Assembly: GCA_021810345.1 (NCBI GenBank)
Contig: JAJZIX010000005.1
Location: 1-58,623 of the forward strand
DNA: 58,623 nucleotides
Reading direction: 5' to 3'
Source of the DNA: Nanobdellota archaeon
GTDB lineage: Archaea; Nanobdellota; Nanobdellia; Parvarchaeales; Parvarchaeaceae
A model generated the notes under the pieces. It saw only the letters and a list, made by a program, of their open reading frames with translations. It was not told the origin of the DNA and ran no database searches. The position numbers and the translations under genes were made by a program. Shown piece by piece: positions 20,137 to 29,339 of this stretch (within the stretch, counting starts at the first letter, position 1; each line of letters begins with the position of its first letter).

Positions 20137-20922
20137 ATGGAAAACAATGAAGACAGAGGCAAACTAGAAATCAGGGGTTATGATGCTGCGTTCAAGTTTG
20201 CAAAGGCGATTTTTGAGAAATACCCGAAAATAATAAAAACGCTTGTTCTTTTTGGATCCTATAGCAAGGGAAAGGAAAACGAGCAAAGTGATGTTGATAT
20301 AATGGTGATTCTGGATGATGTGCTAAATGTCCTGGATGAAAAACTTCTTGCCGCATTTTACGCCGATGTTGACATAGAAGTCAAGAGCATACCTGTAAAG
20401 CTGCATATGAACTTTGTGACCCTGACTGCATTTTGGAGGGGTGTTATGGCGGCTGATCCGGTCACGGTAAATGTATTGAAGTACGGCGTGCCTTTAATAG
20501 ATACAGGCTACTTTGAGCCGCTTCAGGCCCTTTTGAACAAAGGAGAAATAAAGCCGACAGAGGAATCAATATACGCGGCGCTTTCGAGAAGTGAGCTTTA
20601 CTCGGGTTCGGCAAGGCTCAAGATCGCTAGCGCAGTAACCGATGCTTACTGGTCTTTAATAAACTCATCGCAGGCATTTTTGATGAAGCAGGGTGAAATT
20701 CCGCCTTCTCCTGAGTTTATAGAAGAGATGCTCGGTAAGCAGCTATCAAAGAAGCTGATAAACCAGCATGACATGGAAATCTTCAAAGAAGTCTATGATC
20801 TTGGCAAAAAGCTAATGCATGGGGAAAAGGTAGATTTGACAGGAGAAAAAGTAGATAAGATACTGACAGAGACCAAGTCATTCAATTCAAAGATGGCTGG
20901 TTTGGTCAACCCCCCTAAATAG
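20137..20922 (+). CDS. Pol-beta-type nucleotidyltransferase with C-terminal HEPN-like helical domain
   Basis: LFGSYSKG....SDVDI; helical C-terminus with AYWSLINSSQAFL. Confidence 0.75.
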   Translation: MENNEDRGKLEIRGYDAAFKFAKAIFEKYPKIIKTLVLFGSYSKGKENEQSDVDIMVILDDVLNVLDEKLLAAFYADVDIEVKSIPVKLHMNFVTLTAFWRGVMAADPVTVNVLKYGVPLIDTGYFEPLQALLNKGEIKPTEESIYAALSRSELYSGSARLKIASAVTDAYWSLINSSQAFLMKQGEIPPSPEFIEEMLGKQLSKKLINQHDMEIFKEVYDLGKKLMHGEKVDLTGEKVDKILTETKSFNSKMAGLVNPPK

Positions 20923-20960
20923 GGGATAAGGTTTAAATACTAAAAGATTATCTTGATATA

Positions 20961-21338
20961 ATGGGAATCAGCAAAAAAGGGCAGGGTTTGCCTATAAACA
21001 CAATAATACTTATAGCTATAGGTCTGCTGGTGCTCGTTTTATTCATAACTTTTATATTAGGTGGATTCAAGGGCCTTGCGCCGGTAACCGGCTCGTCAAG
21101 TAGCAGCCTTTCTACATTTGAGACACAGTGCAGTACTTACTGTGCAGAAGCTGCGTCTAGTAATACCCCAAATATATGGTGTGGCTATGCTGCTACAGTT
21201 GGATCAAAATCAAATTATCACTGTTACAATTCAACGCTTGGTAACACAGGCACTAGCTGTACTTTAGACAATGGTTCGGTGCTTGTTAATCCTAATTATC
21301 CGGGTGCAGGTACACATCCTTACTTAGCTTGTAGTTGA
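20961..21338 (+). CDS. Class III signal peptide pilin-like protein
   Basis: KKG/QGLPINTIILIAIGLLVL; six Cys; TTTAAATA box upstream. Confidence 0.78.
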   Translation: MGISKKGQGLPINTIILIAIGLLVLVLFITFILGGFKGLAPVTGSSSSSLSTFETQCSTYCAEAASSNTPNIWCGYAATVGSKSNYHCYNSTLGNTGTSCTLDNGSVLVNPNYPGAGTHPYLACS

Positions 21339-21387
21339 TTTTTAAGGGCTTCTAAAAACTTTTATACTCTAATTATCTCTAATAAAC

Positions 21388-22017
21388 ATGTCAATAAGCG
21401 GTATAATATTTAGGGTTTTTGGTGCCTTAGTTTTTGTACTTGTAGTGATAGGAGTCTTCTATGTTTTCCAACACCATATAGCTGTGATAAATACCTGTCC
21501 GTCTTATTCTAGCATGGTGCTTAATGGCAGCAGGCCATACTGCGTAGCCGATAATGTCAGTGCAATAATAATAAACAAGCAGATATCTTCCTTTTATCTT
21601 AATTCCAGTATAGGCATATCTGATGGCAGGATATTCCCTCTGAGCTTTAGGTTCATAGGAAATGACCCGCTTCTATCTATATGGAATCAGAACACTTCCC
21701 AGTTCGCAGGAGGCTACGCCTTTATAACAATACCAGATACATTTAAGGTGCATATGGAGTACACCACAAACGTTCCTACCCAATTCATCGTGATGACCGA
21801 CTCCCAGTTTGCCCAGTTTTACCAGACACAACAGCTAAATGGGTATGTTATGGAGGCTCAAGGTACCCATGTCTCGACGTGGTTTAATCTTAGCACAGGA
21901 TGTGCCGGATATGTGGCAATAATCCGTTCGGTTTCGGGGGGAGGGTTTCAGATAGCGCCGAATGAGACGGCTCTATACGCTCCGGCGAGCGCTCCAACAG
22001 GCGCATGCGCAAGCTAA
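21388..22017 (+). CDS. Membrane-anchored secreted hypothetical protein
   Basis: N-terminal TM helix, multiple N-x-S/T sequons. Confidence 0.6.
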   Translation: MSISGIIFRVFGALVFVLVVIGVFYVFQHHIAVINTCPSYSSMVLNGSRPYCVADNVSAIIINKQISSFYLNSSIGISDGRIFPLSFRFIGNDPLLSIWNQNTSQFAGGYAFITIPDTFKVHMEYTTNVPTQFIVMTDSQFAQFYQTQQLNGYVMEAQGTHVSTWFNLSTGCAGYVAIIRSVSGGGFQIAPNETALYAPASAPTGACAS

Positions 22018-22061
22018 AGGAAAGAGTATAAACTTAAATTGTATAAATTACACTATTAATC

Positions 22062-22673
22062 ATGGATGTTGACGTATTTGAAGCGATAAATGAACTGAAG
22101 GAATTCTATGAGGACAATGGTTCGCTTGTCAACATAAGACCGCTTATAGCTTCCAAGAAGCTTGATGTCGAGCTTGATTATGACAAGGGAGCGATAAATC
22201 TTAAGGTGCAGCACCCGCTAAGACTCAGGCTATACAAGATATACAATATATTGGTAAGGCTTTATTTGGTGACTTCTGTCGGCTTGACTTTCGATTTTAT
22301 CGTTGACGGCGTCCAAAAGTCCGTATCAAAGCAATTTGGGCCATCGGAGGACATAAAGGAGATAATAGAGGACTTAATCAGTTTGCCGCATGACAGAATA
22401 AGGGATATAATCGTGGAGACGGAATACTTCAAGCTAGTCGAGACAGAGGACATGTATGATACTGTGTCAATAATACTGAAGAAGAACGGCAAGAAGGAGC
22501 TTTTTGTAAGTCTGTCGAACTATCTTTTCCCATTCATCAACATAGCGGCTGAAAAGTCGATAAAAGAAGAAATAACATTCTCGCAGGAGGACAAAGAAGT
22601 CACGGTTGATGTTTCTATATACTTGGACGGCGCCGTCCTTGGCGTCAAATCCAAAAAAGTAAGGATAGTTTGA
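22062..22673 (+). CDS. Hypothetical protein, first gene of the KaiC/GTPase/Roadblock cluster
   Basis: 203-aa ORF ending 3 nt before the KaiC-like gene. Confidence 0.6.
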   Translation: MDVDVFEAINELKEFYEDNGSLVNIRPLIASKKLDVELDYDKGAINLKVQHPLRLRLYKIYNILVRLYLVTSVGLTFDFIVDGVQKSVSKQFGPSEDIKEIIEDLISLPHDRIRDIIVETEYFKLVETEDMYDTVSIILKKNGKKELFVSLSNYLFPFINIAAEKSIKEEITFSQEDKEVTVDVSIYLDGAVLGVKSKKVRIV

Positions 22674-22676
22674 GGT

Positions 22677-23345
22677 ATGGTAGGGATTAAAGTCGGATTT
22701 AAATCATTCGACGAGGCATCCGGCGGCCTTGATTTGCATAAGATATACACTGTGATAGGAAACAAGGAAAGTGGGAAAGAAGATTTCCTTTACAGGATGG
22801 CTGCGTCGTCATTAACCGATAAAAACGCAGTCGTTTACGTTACAACTGCGAAATCAGCAAGTGATTTGATAAACGAGTTCAATTCAAGGAACTTGAGGGT
22901 CTCCCAGTATCTGGGGAAGGACCTGTCCATTCTGGATGATTTTAGCAAGATAAGCACGCCAAACGCGCAGGATACCCCTTACTCCAAGGTTTTGAATGGA
23001 CCTCTAGACCTCACAGGCCTTTCCGTTGCACTGTCGAGCGTAAATGGCGATTTTCTGAAAGAAGGCAGGTCGGTTATAGATGTGATTGATTCAGTGTCTA
23101 ACCTGCTCGTGTACAACAATCCGCTCACAATATTCCGCTTTCTGCAGTTCATATGCGGTAGATCTAAAATCTCAGGTGTGACCTCTGTATTTGCACTAGA
23201 CAGCGAAATGCACACCGCTGACGTGACCGAAACCATAAAGACAATGTCAGACGGGGTCATATCTTTAAAATTTGAGAATGGCAAAAGGTATTTCACGCTG
23301 TTTGGGACGGCGAAAGAGGTATTGAACTGGACTGAGCTGTCATGA
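22677..23345 (+). CDS. KaiC/RAD55-like RecA-fold ATPase (degenerate Walker A)
   Basis: GFKSFDEASGGL, GNKESGKE, DLTGLSVAL, VIDSVSNLLVYN, MSDGVI. Confidence 0.82.
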   Translation: MVGIKVGFKSFDEASGGLDLHKIYTVIGNKESGKEDFLYRMAASSLTDKNAVVYVTTAKSASDLINEFNSRNLRVSQYLGKDLSILDDFSKISTPNAQDTPYSKVLNGPLDLTGLSVALSSVNGDFLKEGRSVIDVIDSVSNLLVYNNPLTIFRFLQFICGRSKISGVTSVFALDSEMHTADVTETIKTMSDGVISLKFENGKRYFTLFGTAKEVLNWTELS

Positions 23346-23379
23346 AAAACTTAAAAGGGTTAAGGGGCTTAGAATTAGT

Positions 23380-24579
23380 ATGAATGACCCATTGTTTGGT
23401 ATAGATAAACTGGACAAAGATTTGAATGGAATACCGGAAAAAAAGATCGTTCTGTTTTCGGCTTCCCCTTCTGTAGGGAATGAGGTCTTCGGGTACCAGG
23501 TAATATATAACAACATAAAAGCAGGAAAAAAGGTGCTCCTAATGCTGAACAGGACGTCTCCTGAATCCTATCTGTCCGAGATGAAGGATTATGATTTCCT
23601 GCCACAAAGTGGACTGGATATAATAGATTCTTATAGTAGCATAACCGGTATAAACTCCAGCAGCGGCAAGTCAGTGACAACCATAGACAACCCCTACAAC
23701 AAAGAGGAGGTCTCACGCAAGCTGCTAGCAGAGCTTGACAAGGGATATGACCTTCTAGTGCTGGATTCTTTCTCGCTTCTGATAGATTTCTTTGATTTTG
23801 ACTACGGACTGTCTCTCCTGTCTGAGATAAAAAAGAAGCAGGAGGCGAACGGCACTTCATCGGTTATACTTTTCACCGACTGGAACTATGAGCAAAAAGA
23901 CATAAACTCCCTGATGTCCGCAGTCAACTCTACCGTTGAGATAAGGGGGGTGGAGAAAAGGGTTATCTTTGGCCAGTATTTTGCTGTAATAAAGTGCGAC
24001 TGGGTGCAGAACAAAACATTCTCATCGGTGCTTTTCAAGGCAGTAAAACCTGGCGGTATAAAAATCTATTTCCCGAAAATATTAGTAACCGGGCCGACAG
24101 ACGCAGGAAAGAGCTCATTCATACATTCAGCGTCAAAGGATGCCGTCAGCGTTGACAAGCTTGGCGGGACAATAGCATTGGACCATGGGAATTTGGACTT
24201 TAAGGGATACAAAGCGGATTTATTCGGCACGCCGGGCCAGGAGAGGTTTGACCCTCTGCTTAAGCTGTTGGGAGGAGAAGCGATTGGGGTATTTCTGGTG
24301 GTCGATTCCACAAAGCCAGAGCAGTTCCCAAGGGCAATAGAAATGCTTAGGAAAACAGAAGCGTATGGGCTGCCCATAGTCGTGATAGCGAACAAAGCAG
24401 ATCTGAAGGGGGCATTGAAGCTGGATGAGATAAGAGAAAAACTGCATTTAGACAATGAAATAGGGCTGGTACAAACATTTGCGGAGGATCTGTCGAAAGT
24501 CGATCCAAACCAGCCGACAAAACTGAAAAAGGAGGGTATAGACGAAGCTCTGTCGTTGTTGTTTAAGCAGCTGACATAA
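23380..24579 (+). CDS. Fusion of KaiC-like domain and MglA-type small GTPase
   Basis: N-terminal FGIDKLDKDLNG, VLDSFS; C-terminal GPTDAGKS, TIALDHG, FGTPGQERF, ANKAD. Confidence 0.85.
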   Translation: MNDPLFGIDKLDKDLNGIPEKKIVLFSASPSVGNEVFGYQVIYNNIKAGKKVLLMLNRTSPESYLSEMKDYDFLPQSGLDIIDSYSSITGINSSSGKSVTTIDNPYNKEEVSRKLLAELDKGYDLLVLDSFSLLIDFFDFDYGLSLLSEIKKKQEANGTSSVILFTDWNYEQKDINSLMSAVNSTVEIRGVEKRVIFGQYFAVIKCDWVQNKTFSSVLFKAVKPGGIKIYFPKILVTGPTDAGKSSFIHSASKDAVSVDKLGGTIALDHGNLDFKGYKADLFGTPGQERFDPLLKLLGGEAIGVFLVVDSTKPEQFPRAIEMLRKTEAYGLPIVVIANKADLKGALKLDEIREKLHLDNEIGLVQTFAEDLSKVDPNQPTKLKKEGIDEALSLLFKQLT

Positions 24580-24610
24580 TATTTAAATAAAAGGGGGTAT
24601 TAGTTAACTT

Positions 24611-24991
24611 ATGGCCACAAAAGCTGAAGAATTGAGGACAGTTCTAGATAGTCTTAGCAGGGTTGGTGGAATAAAAGCTTCAGCCGTGATATCTGCTGAT
24701 GGACTTCCGATAGTCCCATCAATGCCTGAAAACGTAGATCCAAATACCTTTGCTGCCATGATAGCTTCTATGATGGGCGCAGCCGAAACTGCACTCAAGT
24801 CTCTTGGTTCATCGAATGTATTGAAGGGAGTTAACGCAGAATCAGATGATGCTACCGTTGTTGCAGTACAGGCAGGCGCGGACGCAATACTAGCAATGAT
24901 GGTCGATCCAAAAGCAGCAAGCAATTACGGGCTCATACGAATAGAAGCAAATCGCGCCTCAAAAGAGATAGCAAGGATAATGGCTGAATAG
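24611..24991 (+). CDS. Roadblock/LC7 (MglB-like) protein
   Basis: GIKASAVISADGL, FAAMIASMMGAAE, NYGLIR. Confidence 0.9.
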   Translation: MATKAEELRTVLDSLSRVGGIKASAVISADGLPIVPSMPENVDPNTFAAMIASMMGAAETALKSLGSSNVLKGVNAESDDATVVAVQAGADAILAMMVDPKAASNYGLIRIEANRASKEIARIMAE

Positions 24992-25028
24992 AATTACAAC
25001 TCCATTCTAAATATCAAGGACAGGAATT

Positions 25029-25112
25029 CGCTCAGGGTGGGATTTGAACCCACAAGGGATTGCTCCCATAAGATTTCCAGTCTTACGCGCTACCAGGTTA
25101 CGCAACCTGAGC
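25029..25112 (-). tRNA. tRNA-Ser(GGA)
   Basis: TAAGA-CTGGAAA-TCTTA anticodon arm, long variable arm, GGTTCAAATCC T loop. Confidence 0.95.
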
Positions 25113-25162
25113 AAACATTTAAAAGTCAGGTTCCTATTGAATATATCCTTTTCTTTTGAGGA

Positions 25163-25840
25163 TCATTCGTAAAAGACACCGTCTTTATCGTTTTCATCAG
25201 ACGCGCCTTTGTCTATCTCCAAATCCAAGTATTCGATGTTTTTATTTTGGTAAGTCTCACTATCTGCGAGGAATTTGATATTTGGAGATAAGTGTTCGAA
25301 TACGTAGAGATTGACGACGCCATTTGGGTCCAATTCACCCGCGTACACATGCCAGCAGAAGGTTTTTCCTTTGTTATTGATTCTTATATTTGGTGCGATG
25401 TACTCGGTATTAGGTTTGATTTCATCGTAGCCTAAAGCTTTAAAGTCGTAAGCCCTACTAAGCTTGAAGACTTTATTTTTATGGCTGGGAGCTTCATCAA
25501 CAGCTTTAACAACGTATTTTTTGAGCAATTCTATAACTTCTTCTTCGTTTTGCTTTTCGGCTCTTTTATACTCTGCAGAATCAGGGTAACTATTCTTGAA
25601 TACATACATCTCTTGACGGTTGCCCCTATCGACTTCGTAGGCATGTATCCTGTGATAGGTTGCTACTGGCGCGTTGTTCGACACTATATACTCTTTGCTG
25701 TAGGGAGTATCTGAGTCAAGAAGCAACACGCTAAAACCGTAGTCTATCTTCTTTGATTCAAGGAGAAATGTAAGACGCTCTTTTGATACTGCCACAGAGG
25801 AATTGAGCATATTTTCAAGTTCCTTCAATTCGTGGCTCAT
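25163..25840 (-). CDS. Hypothetical protein
   Basis: 225-aa ORF upstream of tRNA-Ser; no recognised motif. Confidence 0.6.
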   Translation of the reverse strand: MSHELKELENMLNSSVAVSKERLTFLLESKKIDYGFSVLLLDSDTPYSKEYIVSNNAPVATYHRIHAYEVDRGNRQEMYVFKNSYPDSAEYKRAEKQNEEEVIELLKKYVVKAVDEAPSHKNKVFKLSRAYDFKALGYDEIKPNTEYIAPNIRINNKGKTFCWHVYAGELDPNGVVNLYVFEHLSPNIKFLADSETYQNKNIEYLDLEIDKGASDENDKDGVFYE

Positions 25841-25943
25841 ATTTATTTAAGAGAATATACAAATAAAAAGGTTTCTATTTGTAAATATAACAATATTTTC
25901 TCCGGAACAAAAAACTTAAAAGCACACAATTCCTACTATAATC

Positions 25944-26216
25944 ATGGAAAATTGGTACAGGTTTTATAAGGCTCAAGCGAATGAGCAGTTTAAGTTCGGA
26001 GACTACGAAATCAAGTACGTGAAGAAAGAAGTCAAAGAAGACTTCAATCCGAAGGGTGATAAGGTCCCCTCCAACGTAAACAAAGAACAGCTAAAGGTCT
26101 TCAAGGCTGGACAGAAAGTAAAAGTGCGCAAGGCCGACAAACTTGCTTTGATAGAAGCTATCAAGGCTGGAAATGTTGACAGGATGAACGAGATCCTGCT
26201 GGCTCTTAAGTCTTAG
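25944..26216 (+). CDS. Small Lys-rich hypothetical protein
   Basis: 90 aa; TATA-like CTTAAA about 25 nt upstream. Confidence 0.65.
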   Translation: MENWYRFYKAQANEQFKFGDYEIKYVKKEVKEDFNPKGDKVPSNVNKEQLKVFKAGQKVKVRKADKLALIEAIKAGNVDRMNEILLALKS

Positions 26217-26225
26217 GCTTATTCG

Positions 26226-28127
26226 CTAGTTTATTGTTCTTTCTTTTATTTTTTTGGTTGCTTCTTCTATAAATTCGTCTAATTTAACATTATATTTTGT
26301 TTTTCCGTCTCTTGTTCTGATGGCAATGACATTACCACTCTCTTCCTTATCTCCCAAGATAATAGTGTAGTAAGCCTTTATGAGCTGGGACTCCCTCACC
26401 TTATACTCAAGCGTTCTGCTGCTGTCATCAAGTTCAACCCTTAGGCCGGCTTCTTCTAAGCTTTTTGATACCTTTGCAGCATATTCCCTGTTGCGCTCGG
26501 TTATATTAATTACTCTGGCCTGCACAGGTGATACCCAAAGAGGAAGGCTTCCCTTAGAATTCTCCAGTATTATGCCCATAAACCTGCCTATTGTGCCCAT
26601 TATTGACCGGTGTATCACAAGCGGTGTATGCTCCTTATTGTCAGCTCCAACGTACACTGCGCCGAATCTTGCAGCAAGGTTAAAGTCAAGCTGTATGGTA
26701 GATACTGCATATGCGGCGTCCGGCTTGCCTGTAAAGTCCAGCACATAGATGTCTATCTTTGGACCGTAGAAAGCGCCATCGCCCTCCTTTACAGTGTATT
26801 TATACCCGCTTTTATCAAGGATTTTCTTTAGAGTGGCTTCTGCTTTATCCCATAATTCATCGGCGCCTATCCGCTTTTCAGGCCTTGTAGCTAGCACCAT
26901 TATCGGCGAGAGGTTAAATTTGCCGTATATTTCATCGAGCATTTTAAATAGTAAAAGAACCTCCTGCTCTACCTGATCCTCAGTCACGTACACGTGAGCG
27001 TCATTCTGCTCCATTAGTCGGGTCCTGAGCAGGCCATCCATAGTACCCTCAAGTTCATATCTGTGCAAGAATCCATAGTCAGCGAGTCTTAATGGCAATT
27101 CCTTATAGCTGCGTGTTCTGGATTTGAATATGAGAGCAGAGAAAGGGCAGTTCATAGGTTTCAGTCCGTACTCTTCATCAGAATCGAAGGGCGACGCGCG
27201 GAACATGTTCTCTCTATATTTGTCGAAGTGCCCGCTAGTTTTCCAAAGATCCACCTTGGCTATTATTGGGGTTATCACCTCTTTGTAGCCGTACTTAAAA
27301 TCTATCTCCCTGGCGAACTTCAGGAGTTCATTATAAACCGCTGCGCCTTTTGGCATGAAGAAGGGCGAACCGGGTGAGATATCCGAAAAAAAGAAAAGCT
27401 CAAGGTCTTTACCTATTTTCTTGTGATCATGCTCCTTCTTCTCTTCTGATAGTTTTATATATTCATTCATCTGCTCCTTCGAAGGGAAGCTTATCCCGTA
27501 TATCCTAGTCATTACCTCATTTTTGCTGTTGCCTCTCCAATACGCCCCTGCAACCTTTGTGAATTTTATGGCCTTTATCAATCTTGTTGATGGAATGTGT
27601 GGCCCGCGGCACAAGTCCACAAAGTCACCATTTTGGTAAAAAGTAACATCATTTGCCAATGAATTTAGAATCTCAAGCTTGAATTTGTTGTCCTTAACTA
27701 TCTCCCTCGCTTCATCAACGTTTGACTCTTTTCTTATGAATTTTTCATCTTTCTCTATTATCTTCTCCGCTTCCTTTGTTAACTTTTCCAGGTCGTTGTC
27801 ACCTACATTTAGGTTGTAGAAATCATAGTAAAAGCCTTCGTCTATCGGGGGGCCTATCCCGAGAACCGCATCCGGATAAAGCTTCTTTACTGCAGCTGCC
27901 AAAACATGAGCGGAAGAATGCCAGAATACCTTTTTACCCTCATTGGACTCAAAGGTAAGGAACTCCACCTCTGCGTCTTTGTCCAGCTTTCTCGACAGAT
28001 CATAAAGCTGCCCGTTGACTTTGGCCACAAGCACTTCTTTTAAGTCAACATCGAGTTCCTTGGCTATATCAAAGAGGGTCTTTTCGCCCTTTATCTCGTG
28101 CGTTTCACCTTTGTATTTAATCTGCAT
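26226..28127 (-). CDS. thrS: Threonyl-tRNA synthetase (bacterial/eukaryotic-type TGS and editing domain)
   Basis: WHSSAH, DLCRGPH, LKPMNCP, GAFYGPKID, VIHRS; start reassigned because the longer ORF overlaps tRNA-Pro. Confidence 0.95.
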   Translation of the reverse strand: MQIKYKGETHEIKGEKTLFDIAKELDVDLKEVLVAKVNGQLYDLSRKLDKDAEVEFLTFESNEGKKVFWHSSAHVLAAAVKKLYPDAVLGIGPPIDEGFYYDFYNLNVGDNDLEKLTKEAEKIIEKDEKFIRKESNVDEAREIVKDNKFKLEILNSLANDVTFYQNGDFVDLCRGPHIPSTRLIKAIKFTKVAGAYWRGNSKNEVMTRIYGISFPSKEQMNEYIKLSEEKKEHDHKKIGKDLELFFFSDISPGSPFFMPKGAAVYNELLKFAREIDFKYGYKEVITPIIAKVDLWKTSGHFDKYRENMFRASPFDSDEEYGLKPMNCPFSALIFKSRTRSYKELPLRLADYGFLHRYELEGTMDGLLRTRLMEQNDAHVYVTEDQVEQEVLLLFKMLDEIYGKFNLSPIMVLATRPEKRIGADELWDKAEATLKKILDKSGYKYTVKEGDGAFYGPKIDIYVLDFTGKPDAAYAVSTIQLDFNLAARFGAVYVGADNKEHTPLVIHRSIMGTIGRFMGIILENSKGSLPLWVSPVQARVINITERNREYAAKVSKSLEEAGLRVELDDSSRTLEYKVRESQLIKAYYTIILGDKEESGNVIAIRTRDGKTKYNVKLDEFIEEATKKIKERTIN

Positions 28128-28195
28128 ATTTCTCATTCTAAATTTAGTAGAATAAAAGCCTTTCCTTTTAATTTTACAGAAGACAAAAACAACAC

Positions 28196-28269
28196 TGGGG
28201 TGGCTGGGATTTGAACCCAGGATTTCTAGCACCCGAAACTAGAGTCTTACCAAGCTAGACCACCGCCCC
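28196..28269 (-). tRNA. tRNA-Pro(CGG)
   Basis: CTAGT-TTCGGGT-GCTAG anticodon arm; CTGGG-TTCAAAT-CCCAG T arm. Confidence 0.93.
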
Positions 28270-28304
28270 ATTCTATATTGGTCTTAAGTTTATTGTATTT
28301 ATGT

Positions 28305-29312
28305 TTAATTTGCTCTGTGGTAGCTAGGATAAACCCCCGGTTTCATCACAACGCTGTCATTTTTGATTGCAATTCCCCCTTTGGCATGCATTATTTCAGT
28401 TGGCGTCATTACAGCGTTGCCAAGTGCTATCAGCTCTCCTTTTAATGTTGAGATAAACACTCTATCATTTTTCTCAAAGCTGTTCATCTTGACTATCCCA
28501 GGCACTGCAACTGGCGAGCCGTGGCATACAGTATCGACCGCCTCGTCGGATACGAAAACCTTTGGCATAAAAGAAAGAGCCTCCTCTATGCTCCTCAAGG
28601 TTTTCTTAAGCAGCCTGCTGTCGTTGTTTTTATAAAAGTAGACTGCATCATCAATGTCCTGTAGAGTTACCAGTCCTTCTGTCTCAGAGAGCGTCGAGAC
28701 CTTCGTTCTCCTAAGCTCCATCATGTGTGCTCCTATCCCCAGTTTTTCTCCCATATCGCTTATCAGCTTTCTTATATACGTGCCGGACTCTACGCCGACT
28801 TTGAACAGCACGTCATTGCCTTCAATCTCTAGGATATCCATATAATAAACTTCTCTTTCTCTGTACTGCCTTTTTACGTTTGATCTTACAGGGGGAAGTT
28901 GTGTTATCTTGCCAGTAAATTCGGAGAGCGTCTTAGCAAGCTCATTCCGGTCGAAAGTTTTATGCAGATGCATCAGTGCTACATACTCTTTTCCGCCGAC
29001 TAGCAGCTCAGCTAATGCCTTCGTGGCGTTGTTAACCGCCAATGGCAAAAGACCAGTTACGTTGGGATTTCTTCAGTCTTCTAAAGTCCCTGAGTATCCG
29101 ATCTTATTTGCACCTAAAGGCGCCAATATCTTTTTGGCTGTTGCTGCCGCCGTTTTTGACCTTATACCGCTTGGCTTATCGAGCAGGATGAAACCGAAAT
29201 CCATCCTTTGCTCTATGCTTCTGTCAGCAGGGTAAGCCCCGTATGAAGCATCCGTGCTTTCGTCTCTTATGGTATAAAGCTCAAATTTTCTGCCATCCAA
29301 CGGTAGTCCCAT
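28305..29312 (-). CDS. cbf5: H/ACA pseudouridine synthase Cbf5; exons 29312-29081 and 29068-28305 (331 aa after splicing)
   Basis: LDKPSG, GYSGTL[D]PNVTG, KEYV, QLPPVRSNVKR, GTYIRKL, ELRRT, C-terminal PUA; split by a 12-nt insertion. Confidence 0.92.
29069..29080 (-). other. Candidate 12-nt BHB-type mRNA intron in cbf5 (AAGACTGAAGAA)
   Basis: Sense strand GGGA CTTT AG|A AGACT GAAG AA|A TCCC; removal restores GAT (Asp); contains an in-frame TGA. Confidence 0.82.
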
Positions 29313-29339
29313 AATCCTTTTTATAGTTGGGGCTGGCTT

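Noticed and set aside
22677-24579. Circadian KaiC clock
   Set aside because: Single degenerate domains with no tandem CI-CII arrangement and no kaiB nearby.
28128-28232. N-terminal extension of thrS in the ORF track
   Set aside because: Overlaps tRNA-Pro; the TGS domain starts at ATG 28127.
28305-29312. cbf5 as a pseudogene, frameshift or TGA readthrough
   Set aside because: Both halves are in the same frame with intact motifs. Readthrough would give GTLEDxRNP and destroy the catalytic motif, whereas precise 12-nt BHB excision restores it. TGA is a normal stop in other genes here.
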